Below the pieces are notes generated by a model that was given only the letters and a program-made list of their open reading frames with translations, was not told the DNA's origin and did not search any database. A stretch of DNA of 60,666 nt, the filler included. It is 7 parts of 7 records of this genome, joined end to end, with 100 filler letters (N's around TTAATTAATTAA, not from the genome) between each part and the next. Parts side by side here need not be neighbours in the genome. Positions count along the whole stretch, not along the records: positions 48,807 to 54,311 come from SRR31147125_39437; positions 54,412 to 60,666 come from SRR31147125_39469; 5 more parts are not named here. The stretch is one strand, 5' to 3'. The translations under genes and the position numbers were made by a program. Below, in pieces: positions 50,643 through 60,666 of this stretch (position 1 is its first letter; every line of letters begins with the position of its first letter).

Positions 50643-51373
50643 AACGGACACTCCCCGCGCTGACAGGACTCCTCCTCGTCTGGTGGCTGGCCGCACTGGC
50701 GGTCAGACAGCCCTTCCTCCCCGGACCGCCGGCGGTCCTGACGGAACTGATCCGCCAGATACCGAACCTGGCCCCCCATCTGGGAATCTCCCTCCTCCGG
50801 GTACTCGCCGCTCTGGCGGGAGCCTTTATTCCGGCCCTGATCCTGGGAATTGCGGCGGGAGTGAACCGGAAGGCCGACCACCTGATCAGTCCTGTCATGT
50901 ATATTCTTTTCCCCATCCCCAAGGTGGCGCTTCTGCCGGTGATCCTGCTGTTCCTCGGACTGGGAAACGGATCAAAGATTTTCCTGGTGGCTCTGATCGT
51001 TTTTTTCCAGTTCTTCCTGAACTTCCGGGATGAAACCCAGGGAATCAGCCGGACCTATTTCGATTCCCTCTTCTCTCTCGGCGGCGGACGGAAGGACCTG
51101 CTGATCCATATCATCCTGCCGGCCCTGCTGCCGCGGATATTCTCCTCCCTCCGGCTCTGCCTCGGAACGGCCATTGCGGTCCTGTTTCTGGCGGAAACCT
51201 TTGCCACCCGTCAGGGTATCGGCTGGTACATCATGGATGCCTGGTCCCGTATCTCCTACGACGAGATGTATGCGGGTATCGCGGCCCTCAGTCTGGCCGG
51301 TCTGGGGTTGTTCGGGATTCTGGATATAACAGAGAAAGCGGCCTGCCGCTGGAAAACCAGTCCCGCCGGATAA
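50639..51373 (+). CDS. NitT/TauT-type ABC permease
   Basis: SLLRV, PIPKVALLP, IILPALLPRIFSSLR and GIGWYI motifs. Confidence 0.9.
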   Translation: MKRTLPALTGLLLVWWLAALAVRQPFLPGPPAVLTELIRQIPNLAPHLGISLLRVLAALAGAFIPALILGIAAGVNRKADHLISPVMYILFPIPKVALLPVILLFLGLGNGSKIFLVALIVFFQFFLNFRDETQGISRTYFDSLFSLGGGRKDLLIHIILPALLPRIFSSLRLCLGTAIAVLFLAETFATRQGIGWYIMDAWSRISYDEMYAGIAALSLAGLGLFGILDITEKAACRWKTSPAG

Positions 51374-51377
51374 TCCC

Positions 51378-52981
51378 CTAATCCACGGTTATCCTGTTAC
51401 GGCCGTCCTTCTTGGATTCGTAGAGGGCACTGTCCGCCCGGGAAATCATTTTCTCCACCGATTTTTCATCCCCCAGAGCACCGCAGCTTATGCCTATGCT
51501 CATGGTAACGATGTTATCCACAGGGGATTTCACATGCTGGAGCTTCAGTCCCTCCAGATCCTTCATGATCCGCCGGGCCACGCTGACGGCCCCCTCCCGG
51601 TCGGTGGAAAACAGCAGGACGATGAACTCCTCGCCGCCGAAACGGGCGCTCAGATCGGCGGGACGGGTCACATTCCGCCGTATGGTCCCCGCGACAGCGC
51701 TGATACAGAGGTCTCCCGCCTGGTGGCCGTAGGTATCGTTGTAGAGCTTGAAATGGTCGATGTCCATCATAAGGACCGCAATATCCGGATGGTCTCCCGT
51801 CTTCGACTCATCAGCCAGGGTGCGGATACGGGTATTGAAGTACCGCCGGTTGAATAAACCTGTCAGTTCATCCTTGTGGGCCATCTCCTCCAGGGCCAGA
51901 TTCTGTTCCTGCAGCCGCTCGGTCTGATTCTCGATGATCTCCAGCAGTTTGTTGAAACTGTCCGCCATGATTCCGAATTCATCTGCGGAGCTGCAGTCCA
52001 GGCGTCTGGAAAAATCACGGCTGTCCCGGAGTTCCAGCATATAGGCCATCAGAGAGTTGACGGGACGGATCAGATGATTCTCGGAAAAACGGATCAGAAA
52101 ATACCCGGCGGCAGCCAGGCTGACCATGGTGGAAAGAAGGTACAGAATAAGGCCGTCCCGCCCCTGGTCCGACAGAGTCCGGGGAGTCCGGACTGCCACA
52201 AAAAGTCCCAGGGTCCCCCGGAGATCCTCCATGAAAAAATACTCATAGGCCGTATCTTTTGTGGTGAAAAAAAACGGCTCTCCCGCAGTGATCCGCTCCG
52301 GCAGCCGGTCAGCAATCTCCCGGGGAATCCGGTCGGCGGGATATATTTCAAACTCCACATGGATGCTTCTCTGCAGGTTACGGTCATTTCCCGGCTGACA
52401 AAGCGCCCGAAGGCGATATAGCCGTTCACAGGTCCGGAGCCGTCGCTGTGAAGAACCGGCCTCAGAGCCATAAGGAGCACGCCGTTTTCGGTCAGAATCA
52501 TCCCCGTTACGGAGAAATCACTTACAGGAAGGGGAATCTCCCCGGGAAAACGTTTTCCGATAAAGGTATCGGGATAAATGACATCTCCCGTATCCGGATC
52601 AATTGCCATCCGCCAGAGTATCGTACGGTCAGGACGAATGAATATCATCAGATTTATGGAAGAGATAGACAGAGCGGCCTCCCCCAGATTGCTGTCGATA
52701 TATTCAGAATTGGCGGTCTCCAGAAAATCCCATGTATCATCCCAGGAGGACCAGTCATAGGTAAAGGTATCCAGATGAACGAGCTCCCGGTCAAGGGATT
52801 CCCGGACCCTGCGGCCGTTCATCACTACCAGCTGCCGTTCCAACCTGAAATGGCTCCGGTAAATCATGAAATACCCTGTCACACTCTGAATTGACAGCAG
52901 TATTAAAAAAAGGAAAAACGTTCCCACCATGATTTTCCGGGAGGTTTTCAGATTTTTATAGGAATGCACAAGGTCTCTCAT
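51378..52981 (-). CDS. Membrane diguanylate cyclase CHASE4-HAMP-GGDEF, indel near 52380
   Basis: DWSSWDDTWDF (CHASE4), DEFGIMADSFN (HAMP), DIDHFKLYND, RPAD I-site, GGEEF. Confidence 0.88.
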
Positions 52982-53056
52982 ACAGATAATTCTATATGCT
53001 GGCTTTATAGATCACAATAAATAAATCGCTCCTCCGGCTAGCGGACCAGCTGTGAT

Positions 53057-53322
53057 TCAGTCTGTTCCTTCCGCTTTCTCCAGGGCCTTCAGCAGAAGGG
53101 CAAACTCCTCGGCACAGTCGTCGCAGAGGGCCAGGTGTTCCTCGATCCGCCCGATGATCTCCGTCCGCTCTCCGGACCGGAGGATAAAATCGGCATACCG
53201 GTCAAGGTTCTCAAATACGGCTCCGCAGTCCATCTCATCTTCGCAGGATCCCTGAATCATACCGACAAGCTGCTCCGCAGAAGCGGACCGTGAGCACGTC
53301 CCGAAACCGGCTGTTCCGCCAT
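53057..53322 (-). CDS. Small zf-HC2 (anti-sigma-like) zinc-binding protein, probable indel near 53280
   Basis: MDCGAVFENLDRY...EEHLALCDDCAEE (C...HxxxCxxC). Confidence 0.65.
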
Positions 53323-53430
53323 GACATGAAGGGGCAGCCGGTTTATTTATATGGTTTGACACAGCCGGTGCCGGAGATTAGCTTTTACTGTTGACCACCC
53401 GGCAGCCTGAACGGGAAAGGGGGCAGTTAG

Positions 53431-54305
53431 ATGGCCTATGAAATACTCTGGCGAATTCATGCTGTTCTGATGGGTACATCATTCATCAGCCTGCTCAGCG
53501 GAATCCTGATATCCCTTATATGGAAAAAGAAGAAGTGGCGGTATAAAACCCACAAAGCTCTGGGAATATACGCCGGATCCGCCGGCGCAGCCGCGCTGAT
53601 CACCGCCTTTATCATGGTGCAGATCAATGGCGGCTCCCATCTCGGCTCCCCTCATGCCGTCGGAGGCGCCGCAGCGGGTCTCCTTTTGATTCTGACTCCT
53701 CTCGCAGGTCTCCGGATCAGAAAAACCAGGAAGAAAAAGCTGTTCCGGCGGCTGCACAAAAGTATGGGTTACACAACGGCGGTTCTGATGGCGGCGGCCA
53801 TTCTCTTCGGCCTCCTGTTCGCGGGGGTGATCACCCTGCCGGACCGGCCGTCTACGGCCGCCGTTCCTGCCGGGAACAGTGTAACCCTGTCGGGAATCAC
53901 CTTCTCCTGGGAGATCTCGGGAGGCTATCTGGAAGGAACCCTGGAAGCGGAAACCGAAGGCTGGATTGCCCTGGGAATCCAGCCGGATCAGATGATGCAG
54001 GGCGCGGATTTTATCATCGGCTATGTAAAAGATGATGTGGTATATATCCGGGACGATTACGGTTCATGGCTTACCTCACATGCATCGGATTCCTCTCTCG
54101 GAGGAACGGATGATATTGAGATAACAGGAGGAGAGGAAAACCGGAACGGAACAGTCATCCGGTTCGAAAACCCCTGGACTCGGGTGACCGGTACGACCGG
54201 ATCATTACGCCGGGAGAAACCGTTCCCCTGCTGCTCGCTTCCGGTGCGAAGGATGACTACACGGGCATGCACAGGAACCGGGGAAAGACGGAGATCACAT
54301 TCTGA
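53431..54305 (+). CDS. Cytochrome b561-like 4-TM domain fused to a DOMON domain, indel near 54168
   Basis: Four His in TM segments (IHA, THK, PHA, LHK); GWIALG...MMQGADFIIG; corrected C-terminus PLDSGDRYD...GMHRNRG-stop. Confidence 0.8.
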
Positions 54306-54411
54306 GGGAGANNNNNNNNNNNNNNNNNNNNNNNNNNNNNNNNNNNNNNNNNNNNTTAATTAATTAANNNNNNNNNNNNNNNNNNNNNNNNNNNNNNNNN
54401 NNNNNNNNNNN

Positions 54412-55374
54412 CGAAAAAGGTCGCTCAGACAGCGGAGTTGGTCAACGGCGGTGACGGTGTCACCGGGACCGTCAACGGTATCCCTTTCCCGATCCCGAAG
54501 AGCGGCATTGAAGTTCTCTGGAATCACATGCTGCGCTACCGCGGCGACATCGCATCCCGTAAGATCGCTCAGGCGCCGATGACTCGCGGCGGCGGCTACA
54601 CTCTGGTCAAGTTTGAGGATGAATTCAGCCTGATCTACTCCCAGGAAGGGATGACTGAGGAGAAGCTCAGCAACCGCATCCTGCTGTTCCGTCAGGAAGT
54701 CACCTCGCCAGCGCGTCTGGCCGGAAACGTCTTGCTCGTTCATGAGACCCTGGACCAGGTCAAAGAACCACGGGCCGCGTGGGTCTACAATCCGGGCCAG
54801 CGTCGCGTCCGCCGCGCCCGAACGTCGCATACGACAACCCGGGGACCGCTGCTGACAGTCTGAGAACATCAGATCAGTTCGACATGTTCAACGGCGCTCC
54901 TGACCGCTACGACTGGAAGCTGGTCGGGAAAAAGGAAATCTACATCCCTTACAACAGCTACAAGCTTCACAGCGACGCGCTGAAGTACAAGGATATCCTG
55001 ACCCCGCTGCACCTGAACCCGGAGCACCTGCGCTACGAACTGCACCGTGTCTGGGTTGTTGAAGCCACGCTGCGTGAAGGTGCTCGTCATCTTTACAAAA
55101 GAGAACCTTCTACATTGATGAAGACTCCTGGCAGATCATGGCTGCGGACATCTACGACAACCGCGATCAGCTCTGGCGGGTTTCAGAAGGCCACTCGATC
55201 AACTACTACGAAGTGCCGACCTTCTGGACAACCGTGGAAGCACATTACGACCTGCAGTCAGGCCGTTACCTCGCTTTGGGGCTTGACAATGAATCAACGA
55301 TGTACGACTTTGACATCAAGCGGACCGACAAAGACTATTCGCCGGGCGCCCTGCGTCGTGCCGGACGTCGATAA
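54412..55374 (+). CDS. DUF1329 (LolA-like) periplasmic protein, 5'-truncated, indels near 54818 and 55100
   Basis: PFPIPKSGIEVLWNH, AWVYNPGQRRVRRA, RYDWKLVGKKE, RYELHRVWVVEATL and YDLQSGRY motifs. Confidence 0.88.
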
Positions 55375-55397
55375 TAGATTTTTTAGCTAAACACCCT

Positions 55398-55429
55398 GAC
55401 GGCCGGGCTGTGATAGCTCGGCCGTTTTG
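55398..55429 (+). terminator. Stem-loop/terminator after the DUF1329 gene
   Basis: ACGGCCGGGCT-GTGAT-AGCTCGGCCGT-TTT. Confidence 0.65.
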
Positions 55430-55458
55430 CGTTTCCACTCACACGAAGTTGTCAAATT

Positions 55459-56442
55459 ATGGATCGATCTCCAACCTGTACGTTTCTATTTTTACTTGTT
55501 ATGACCTGCCTCCTTGTTCCCTTAAACAGCTCTGCCGAAAAACCCGTGGAACAATCGGTCATCGCACCGCTGGCTAACCGGTCGCTGCTACTCGACGTTG
55601 AGCTGGTCGCCGGCCGCCTGATCGCTGTCGGGGAGCGGGGACATATTCTTGTCAGCTCCGATTCCGGAAACAGCTGGAAGCAGGTTCTGACTCCCACACG
55701 GGCCACTTTGACAGGTCTGTTTTTTCTGGACAATCAACACGGCTGGGCCGTTGGCCACGACCAGGTGATTCTGAAAACAGAAGACGGGGGGCAAACCTGG
55801 CGGCAGGTCTATCAGGACATTGAAGCCGACAGTCCACTGTTTGATATCTTCTTCATGGACACGCAGAACGGCTATGCCATCGGTGCCTACGGGCAGTTTC
55901 TTGAATCATCAGATGGTGGTCTCACGTGGAGCGGACGCTGGATCAGTGAAGACGATTTCCACCTGAATCAGATCATTCCTTTCGGCAAAGATCTTTTCAT
56001 TGCGGCAGAAGCCGGCTTTGTTTATCGCTCGGAAGACCGTGGCGCGACCTGGACGCCTTTGACTCCCGATTACGAGGGCTCCTTCTTCGGCATCATGCCG
56101 GACCGCCATGACAACAGTCTGCTCCTCTTCGGTTTGCGCGGGAACCTGTTCCGCTCAACCGATGCCGGGGACAGTTGGACGCGCATTGAAACCTCAACCG
56201 AGGCCTCTCTGACCAATGGGCTGGTTCTGAACGATGGTCGCATCCTGATTACCGGTCTGGCCGGAGCGCTCCTGATCAGCAACGATAACGGTCACAGCTT
56301 CCGTTTTATTCAGGACTCGAAACGTCGCGGGTTCAGCCGGCTGCAGCAAACGACGGACGGTCATATTATTGCCGTCGGTGATTTCGGCGCTAAGGTTATT
56401 CAACCCACGACACTGCAGAAGTCACAGGGGGGCAAATCATGA
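55459..56442 (+). CDS. YCF48-like BNR/Asp-box beta-propeller
   Basis: AVGERGHI; repeated S-x-D-x-G-x-x-W Asp boxes; GLRGNLFRS. Confidence 0.9.
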   Translation: MDRSPTCTFLFLLVMTCLLVPLNSSAEKPVEQSVIAPLANRSLLLDVELVAGRLIAVGERGHILVSSDSGNSWKQVLTPTRATLTGLFFLDNQHGWAVGHDQVILKTEDGGQTWRQVYQDIEADSPLFDIFFMDTQNGYAIGAYGQFLESSDGGLTWSGRWISEDDFHLNQIIPFGKDLFIAAEAGFVYRSEDRGATWTPLTPDYEGSFFGIMPDRHDNSLLLFGLRGNLFRSTDAGDSWTRIETSTEASLTNGLVLNDGRILITGLAGALLISNDNGHSFRFIQDSKRRGFSRLQQTTDGHIIAVGDFGAKVIQPTTLQKSQGGKS

Positions 56443-58805
56443 CCCTGAAATCTTTCATCGCCTCCATTGAAAACTTTATTTTCAGCCGTCGCCGGCTGTT
56501 CCTGGCTCTTTTTATCCTCATGACCCTGTTCATGGGTTATTCGCTCAGCAATCTGCACATCGACGCCGGATTCAGCAAACAGTTGCCGCTTGAGCATGAA
56601 TACATGAAGACCTACGTCGAGCATCGCAAAGAATTCGGCGGCGCCAACCGGGTCCTGATCGCCCTGATGGCAAAGCAGGGCGATATCTTCACCCCTGAAT
56701 TTTTTGAAACACTGGAAAGCGCAACCGACGATGTCTTCTTCATCCCCGGAGTCGATCGGGCCCAGGTCAGCTCACTGTTCACACCGAATGTCCGTTTTAC
56801 CGAAGTTGTGGAAGACGGTATTGCCGGAGGCAACGTCATACCCGCCGACTTTGAAGCAACACCGGAGGGGCTGGAAAAGGTTCGCAAAAATATCCTCAAA
56901 GCCGGCATCCTCGGACGCCTGGTCGCCAATGATTTCAGCGGTGCGATCATCAGTGCCCAGCTATTGGAGATCGACCCCAACAGCGGTGAAAAGCTCGATT
57001 TCATCAAGGTTGCCCATCGACTCGAAGAGGACATTCGCGACAAATATCAGAACGATCAGGTCAGTGTTCATATCATCGGCTTTGCCAAGGTTATTGGTGA
57101 TATTGCCGATGGTGCCAAGCGCGTTGTCCTGTTCTTTTTTATCGCCTTTGCCATCACCGCGCTGCTGGTCTTCTTTTACACCCGCTCGATGGTCTTGACG
57201 CTGATTCCCCTGTCCTGCTCTCTGATGGCGGTCATCTGGCAGCTCGGCCTATTGCCGCTGCTCGGGTACGGGATCGATCCAATGGGGCTCCTGGTTCCGT
57301 TCCTGATCTTTGCCATTGCCGTCAGCCACGCGGTTCAGATGATCACCGCCAACACCGCCGAAGTCCGTGCCGGGGCCAGCCACCTCGACGCCGCCCGAGC
57401 CAGCTTCCGTCAACTACTGGTTCCCGGCTTTATCGCTCTGGCCAGTGACACCATCGGCTTTATCACCATCCGCCTGATCGATATTCAAATTATCCAGGAG
57501 ATGGCCGTGACCGCCAGTCTCGGGGTCGCTGTGATCATCCTGACGAACCTGGTCCTACTGCCGATTCTACTCTCTTACGTCAAAACCGACTCCGGCTACC
57601 GCGAGCGCGTTGAGGAACAAACCCAGATCATGAAACCGGCCTGGCGCTTTTTTGAACAAGCCGCTGAGCCGGGACCGGCCAAAGTGATTATCGCCGTCGC
57701 TCTGGTTCTCCTCGCTTTCGGTTTGTGGAAAGGGTCCGACATCAAGATCGGGGACATGCACCGTGGTGTCCCGGAATTACGGACCGATTCGCGCTACAAC
57801 CTCGACAGCAACCTCATTACCGAGCGCTTTTCCATCGGTGTTGACATTATCAACGTCATCGTCGAAACCAAGGCGGATGGCTGCATCGATTACGACATCA
57901 TGACCGCCATCGACCGCTTTGCCTGGCATATGAATAACGTCGAGGGGGTCCAGTCGATCATCACTCTTCCGGGGATCGCCAAAGTGATCAACGCCGGCTG
58001 GAATGAAGGCAGTCTGATGTGGCGCGTTCTGCCGCGCAATCCGGCGACAATGGTCCAGGCGGTCGGCTATATCCCGACTAGCAGCGGGCTGTTGAACTCC
58101 GATTGCAGCGTCATGCCGGTGATGATCTTTACCGAGGATCACAAAGCGGAGACAATCGCCCGGATCGTCGATGAGGTCAAAGCCTACCGCGTATCGCAGC
58201 CGAACGAGGATGTCACATTCCGGCTGGCAACCGGCAACGTCGGTGTTATGGCGGCCAGCAATGAAGAGGTTTCTGCGGCCCAGTTCCCGATCCTGCTGTA
58301 TGTGTTCGGCGCTGTCATCCTGCTTTGCTACAACCAGTTCCGCTCCATCCGTTCCGTGCTCTGCATTGTCCTGCCTCTCGGACTGGTCTCTCTGCTGGCC
58401 TATGCGCTGATGAGCATGCTGGAGATCGGCCTCAAAGTCTCAACCCTTCCGGTCGTCGCACTGGGCGTCGGGGTCGGGGTCGACTACGGCATCTATATTT
58501 TCAGCCGTCTGAGACGCTATATGCGAGAGGGCCAACCCCTTCAGGAGGCCTACCTGCACACCCTGGCCATCACCGGGAACGGCGTGGCCTTTACCGGTGT
58601 AACCCTCGCCATCGGCGTCGCCACATGGATCTTCTCACCGCTGAAATTTCAGGCGGATATGGGTATTCTGCTGACCTTCATGTTTCTGGTGAATATGCTT
58701 GGTGCAATCCTGCTGCTGCCGGCTCTCGCCTGCGTCCTGATCCCGAAGCAGTACCAGAGCCCGGCAACCGAAGAGTCCGAAACCGATCCGTCCGGTGTTG
58801 AGTAA
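56439..58805 (+). CDS. RND/MMPL (YdfJ-like) membrane transporter
   Basis: Two TM bundles; FGGAN, AVSHAVQ, GVGVDYGIY and LKFQADMG motifs. Confidence 0.9.
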   Translation: MTLKSFIASIENFIFSRRRLFLALFILMTLFMGYSLSNLHIDAGFSKQLPLEHEYMKTYVEHRKEFGGANRVLIALMAKQGDIFTPEFFETLESATDDVFFIPGVDRAQVSSLFTPNVRFTEVVEDGIAGGNVIPADFEATPEGLEKVRKNILKAGILGRLVANDFSGAIISAQLLEIDPNSGEKLDFIKVAHRLEEDIRDKYQNDQVSVHIIGFAKVIGDIADGAKRVVLFFFIAFAITALLVFFYTRSMVLTLIPLSCSLMAVIWQLGLLPLLGYGIDPMGLLVPFLIFAIAVSHAVQMITANTAEVRAGASHLDAARASFRQLLVPGFIALASDTIGFITIRLIDIQIIQEMAVTASLGVAVIILTNLVLLPILLSYVKTDSGYRERVEEQTQIMKPAWRFFEQAAEPGPAKVIIAVALVLLAFGLWKGSDIKIGDMHRGVPELRTDSRYNLDSNLITERFSIGVDIINVIVETKADGCIDYDIMTAIDRFAWHMNNVEGVQSIITLPGIAKVINAGWNEGSLMWRVLPRNPATMVQAVGYIPTSSGLLNSDCSVMPVMIFTEDHKAETIARIVDEVKAYRVSQPNEDVTFRLATGNVGVMAASNEEVSAAQFPILLYVFGAVILLCYNQFRSIRSVLCIVLPLGLVSLLAYALMSMLEIGLKVSTLPVVALGVGVGVDYGIYIFSRLRRYMREGQPLQEAYLHTLAITGNGVAFTGVTLAIGVATWIFSPLKFQADMGILLTFMFLVNMLGAILLLPALACVLIPKQYQSPATEESETDPSGVE

Positions 58806-58813
58806 AAGCACCA

Positions 58814-60649
58814 ATGCATGGGACCGCTATACAAAGACCTCCGTTCCGCTCAATTCCACAGATGTTGCGGATTCAGGCGGAACGGTACGCTGATCGGCCC
58901 GCCGTCAGCTACAAAAAGGGTGGCAGCTACCTGACCCTGAACTACCATCAGTTCTACGTCCGGGTCCTGATGGCCGCCCGCGGTCTGGCCAAAGCCGGCG
59001 TCACCCCCGGCGACAAAGTTGCCATCTTCTCTGAAAACCGCGCTGGCTGGCTGATCGCCGATCTGGCGATTCAGGCCTCTGGTGGGATCAGTGTTCCAAT
59101 CTATGCCACCAATACCGGCGTACAGGCCGCCCACGCCATCAATCACAGCGGTGCCAGAGCCATCTTTGTCTCTGATCGTATTCAGTACGAAAAACTGCTG
59201 GCGGTGCGGGATCAGATTTCTCAGATTGAGCTGGTCGTCACCTTCGACCGGTTTTTAAGTGAACGCAGCCTCCCGGTCTATACCCTCTACCAGCTCTCCG
59301 AGATTTCACACCCGATCCAGCCTGCTGAGCAGCAGCAGATCGAGCAGCAAATCGACGCGATTAATGCGGATGACCTGATTACCATCATCTACACCTCCGG
59401 AACAACGGGAGAACCCAAGGGGGCCATGCTGACGCAGTACAATATGGTCAGCAACGCCTGGTACGGGCTGATGACCGCGGGAAAAATGGCGATGGGTGGA
59501 ACCTTCCTCAGCTTTCTGCCACTCAGTCACCTGCTGGAACGCTGCGCCGGATATCACGCGGTTCTGATGGGGGGAGGCCACATCGCCTTCGCTGAGAACA
59601 TCGACAAGGTCGTCGAAAACATCGCGGAAGTCCGGCCGACGGCGATGATCAGTGTTCCGCGCCTGTTTGAAAAGATTCATTCACGCATCTACGAGACCGT
59701 TCACCAGATGAGCCCGACGCGCAAACGAATGTTTCACCAGGCGATTGAGGTCGGACGTGAATACATTTATCGCCGCCACATCAACCGGGAATCTGTCAGG
59801 CTTCTGGAAGCAAAATATCACTTTTACGACAAGCTCTTCTTTCGCCGAATCCGCAAACGTTTCGGCGGGCGGATGCGCTTTTTTATCTGCGGCGGGGCTC
59901 CACTCGATAAAACCATTAACGAGTTCATGTGGATTATCGGTCTGCCAGTCTACGAAGGGTACGGGTTGACCGAGGCGAGCCCGGTTGTCACCGTCAACAA
60001 CCGTCACAATCTGCGCTTCGGGTCTGTCGGTCGCCCTTTGGCGGAAACCGAAGTCAAGTTAAGTGATGACGGAGAACTCCTGATCCGCGGCCCTCAGGTG
60101 ATGAAAGGCTATTATCAGGACGAACCGGGAACCCGGGAGGCCTTCTGTGACGGCTGGTTCAAAACCGGCGACATCGCGACCATCGATGACGATGGTTTCG
60201 TGACCATTATCGATCGCAAAAAAGAGATCATCATTACCTCAGGAGGGAAAAACGTTCCGCCACAGCCTCTTGAGAATGAGCTGAAGCTCGACAAATACAT
60301 CTCACAGGCTTACGTTCATGGCGACAGGAAACCCTATCTGGTCGCCTTGCTGACACCGAACCTGGAACGGCTGATCGAATTCAGTAAAGGGCGAGGGATC
60401 AACTATCTCAGCATTGATGACCTGGTCAACAACAGCCTGATCAAAGAACTGTACGCCAAGCGGATTCAACGCTTCAATGACCGTGTCCCCTCGTATCAGG
60501 CGATTAAAAAATTTGCTCTGCTGCCCCACGATTTTTCAACCGAGGGCGGTGAACTGACCCCGACCCTCAAGTTGAAGCGTGCAGCGATCCTTGACCTGCA
60601 CGGCGAGATGATCGATCGGCTCTACGCGGCGGAAGGAGATACCTTCTAA
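58814..60649 (+). CDS. Long-chain fatty acid--CoA ligase
   Basis: IYTSGTTGEPKG, FLPLSH, EGYGLTE, WFKTGD, DRKKE and ELTPTLKLKR motifs. Confidence 0.93.
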   Translation: MHGTAIQRPPFRSIPQMLRIQAERYADRPAVSYKKGGSYLTLNYHQFYVRVLMAARGLAKAGVTPGDKVAIFSENRAGWLIADLAIQASGGISVPIYATNTGVQAAHAINHSGARAIFVSDRIQYEKLLAVRDQISQIELVVTFDRFLSERSLPVYTLYQLSEISHPIQPAEQQQIEQQIDAINADDLITIIYTSGTTGEPKGAMLTQYNMVSNAWYGLMTAGKMAMGGTFLSFLPLSHLLERCAGYHAVLMGGGHIAFAENIDKVVENIAEVRPTAMISVPRLFEKIHSRIYETVHQMSPTRKRMFHQAIEVGREYIYRRHINRESVRLLEAKYHFYDKLFFRRIRKRFGGRMRFFICGGAPLDKTINEFMWIIGLPVYEGYGLTEASPVVTVNNRHNLRFGSVGRPLAETEVKLSDDGELLIRGPQVMKGYYQDEPGTREAFCDGWFKTGDIATIDDDGFVTIIDRKKEIIITSGGKNVPPQPLENELKLDKYISQAYVHGDRKPYLVALLTPNLERLIEFSKGRGINYLSIDDLVNNSLIKELYAKRIQRFNDRVPSYQAIKKFALLPHDFSTEGGELTPTLKLKRAAILDLHGEMIDRLYAAEGDTF

Positions 60650-60666
60650 AAAGGCAGCACTCCGCC

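Noticed and set aside
50643-51033. Long Pro/Gly-rich C-terminal extension of the ABC ATPase
   Set aside because: Read-through caused by an indel near 50625; the region encodes the permease in another frame
16069-54411. Six identical TTAATTAATTAA motifs within N runs
   Set aside because: Artificial contig linkers; no biological repeat and no synteny can be inferred across them
28864-55140. Many split ORFs (near 29380, 29665, 31197, 50070, 50625, 52380, 53280, 54168, 54818, 55100; also 16210) as programmed frameshifts or pseudogenes
   Set aside because: Mostly single-base losses in short homopolymers, clustered by contig and hitting unrelated genes including parC, with no other decay; best explained as sequencing indels

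Overview
The window is not one locus. It is seven unrelated contigs joined by 100-nt N spacers carrying a TTAATTAATTAA all-frame-stop linker (16069-16168, 25289-25388, 32102-32201, 39922-40021, 48707-48806, 54312-54411). Taxon labels below are impressions from composition and gene style only. (1) 1-16068, AT-rich Gram-negative (FCB-like): an RND efflux operon divergent from LytS/LytTR-TonB receptor-DUF4249, a tRNA 3' relic, and three lipoprotein hydrolases. (2) 16169-25288, Desulfobacterota-like: parC end, GNAT, a Cys-rich flavoenzyme-like hypothetical protein, an MBL hydrolase, comEC, class I fumarase and a REP-like repeat. (3) 25389-32101: Ig/VCBS adhesin, TolC, two adaptors and an M50 metalloprotease, with no ABC ATPase visible. 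(4) 32202-39921: rpmB, a divergent DisA-type DAC, a glycine-zipper protein, a membrane XRE/EF-hand regulator with a paralogous partner, an ExtJ-like protein, RNase II and era. (5) 40022-48706, clostridial: polA-coaE-slt-SBP-trmH, an inserted Zn-ribbon/LRR/sugar-binding fusion, and a Phe T-box ahead of pheS. (6) 48807-54311: UbiA/MqnP-ubiX-ABC importer, CHASE4-GGDEF, an orphan zf-HC2 protein and cytochrome b561-DOMON. (7) 54412-60666: DUF1329-YCF48-MMPL-acyl-CoA ligase. Contigs 3, 6 and 7 carry many small indels that look like sequencing errors. The best candidates for undescribed systems are the M50-peptidase-coupled adhesin export cluster (contig 3) and the XRE/EF-hand plus Ig-partner signalling module with its shared DNA motif (contig 4).
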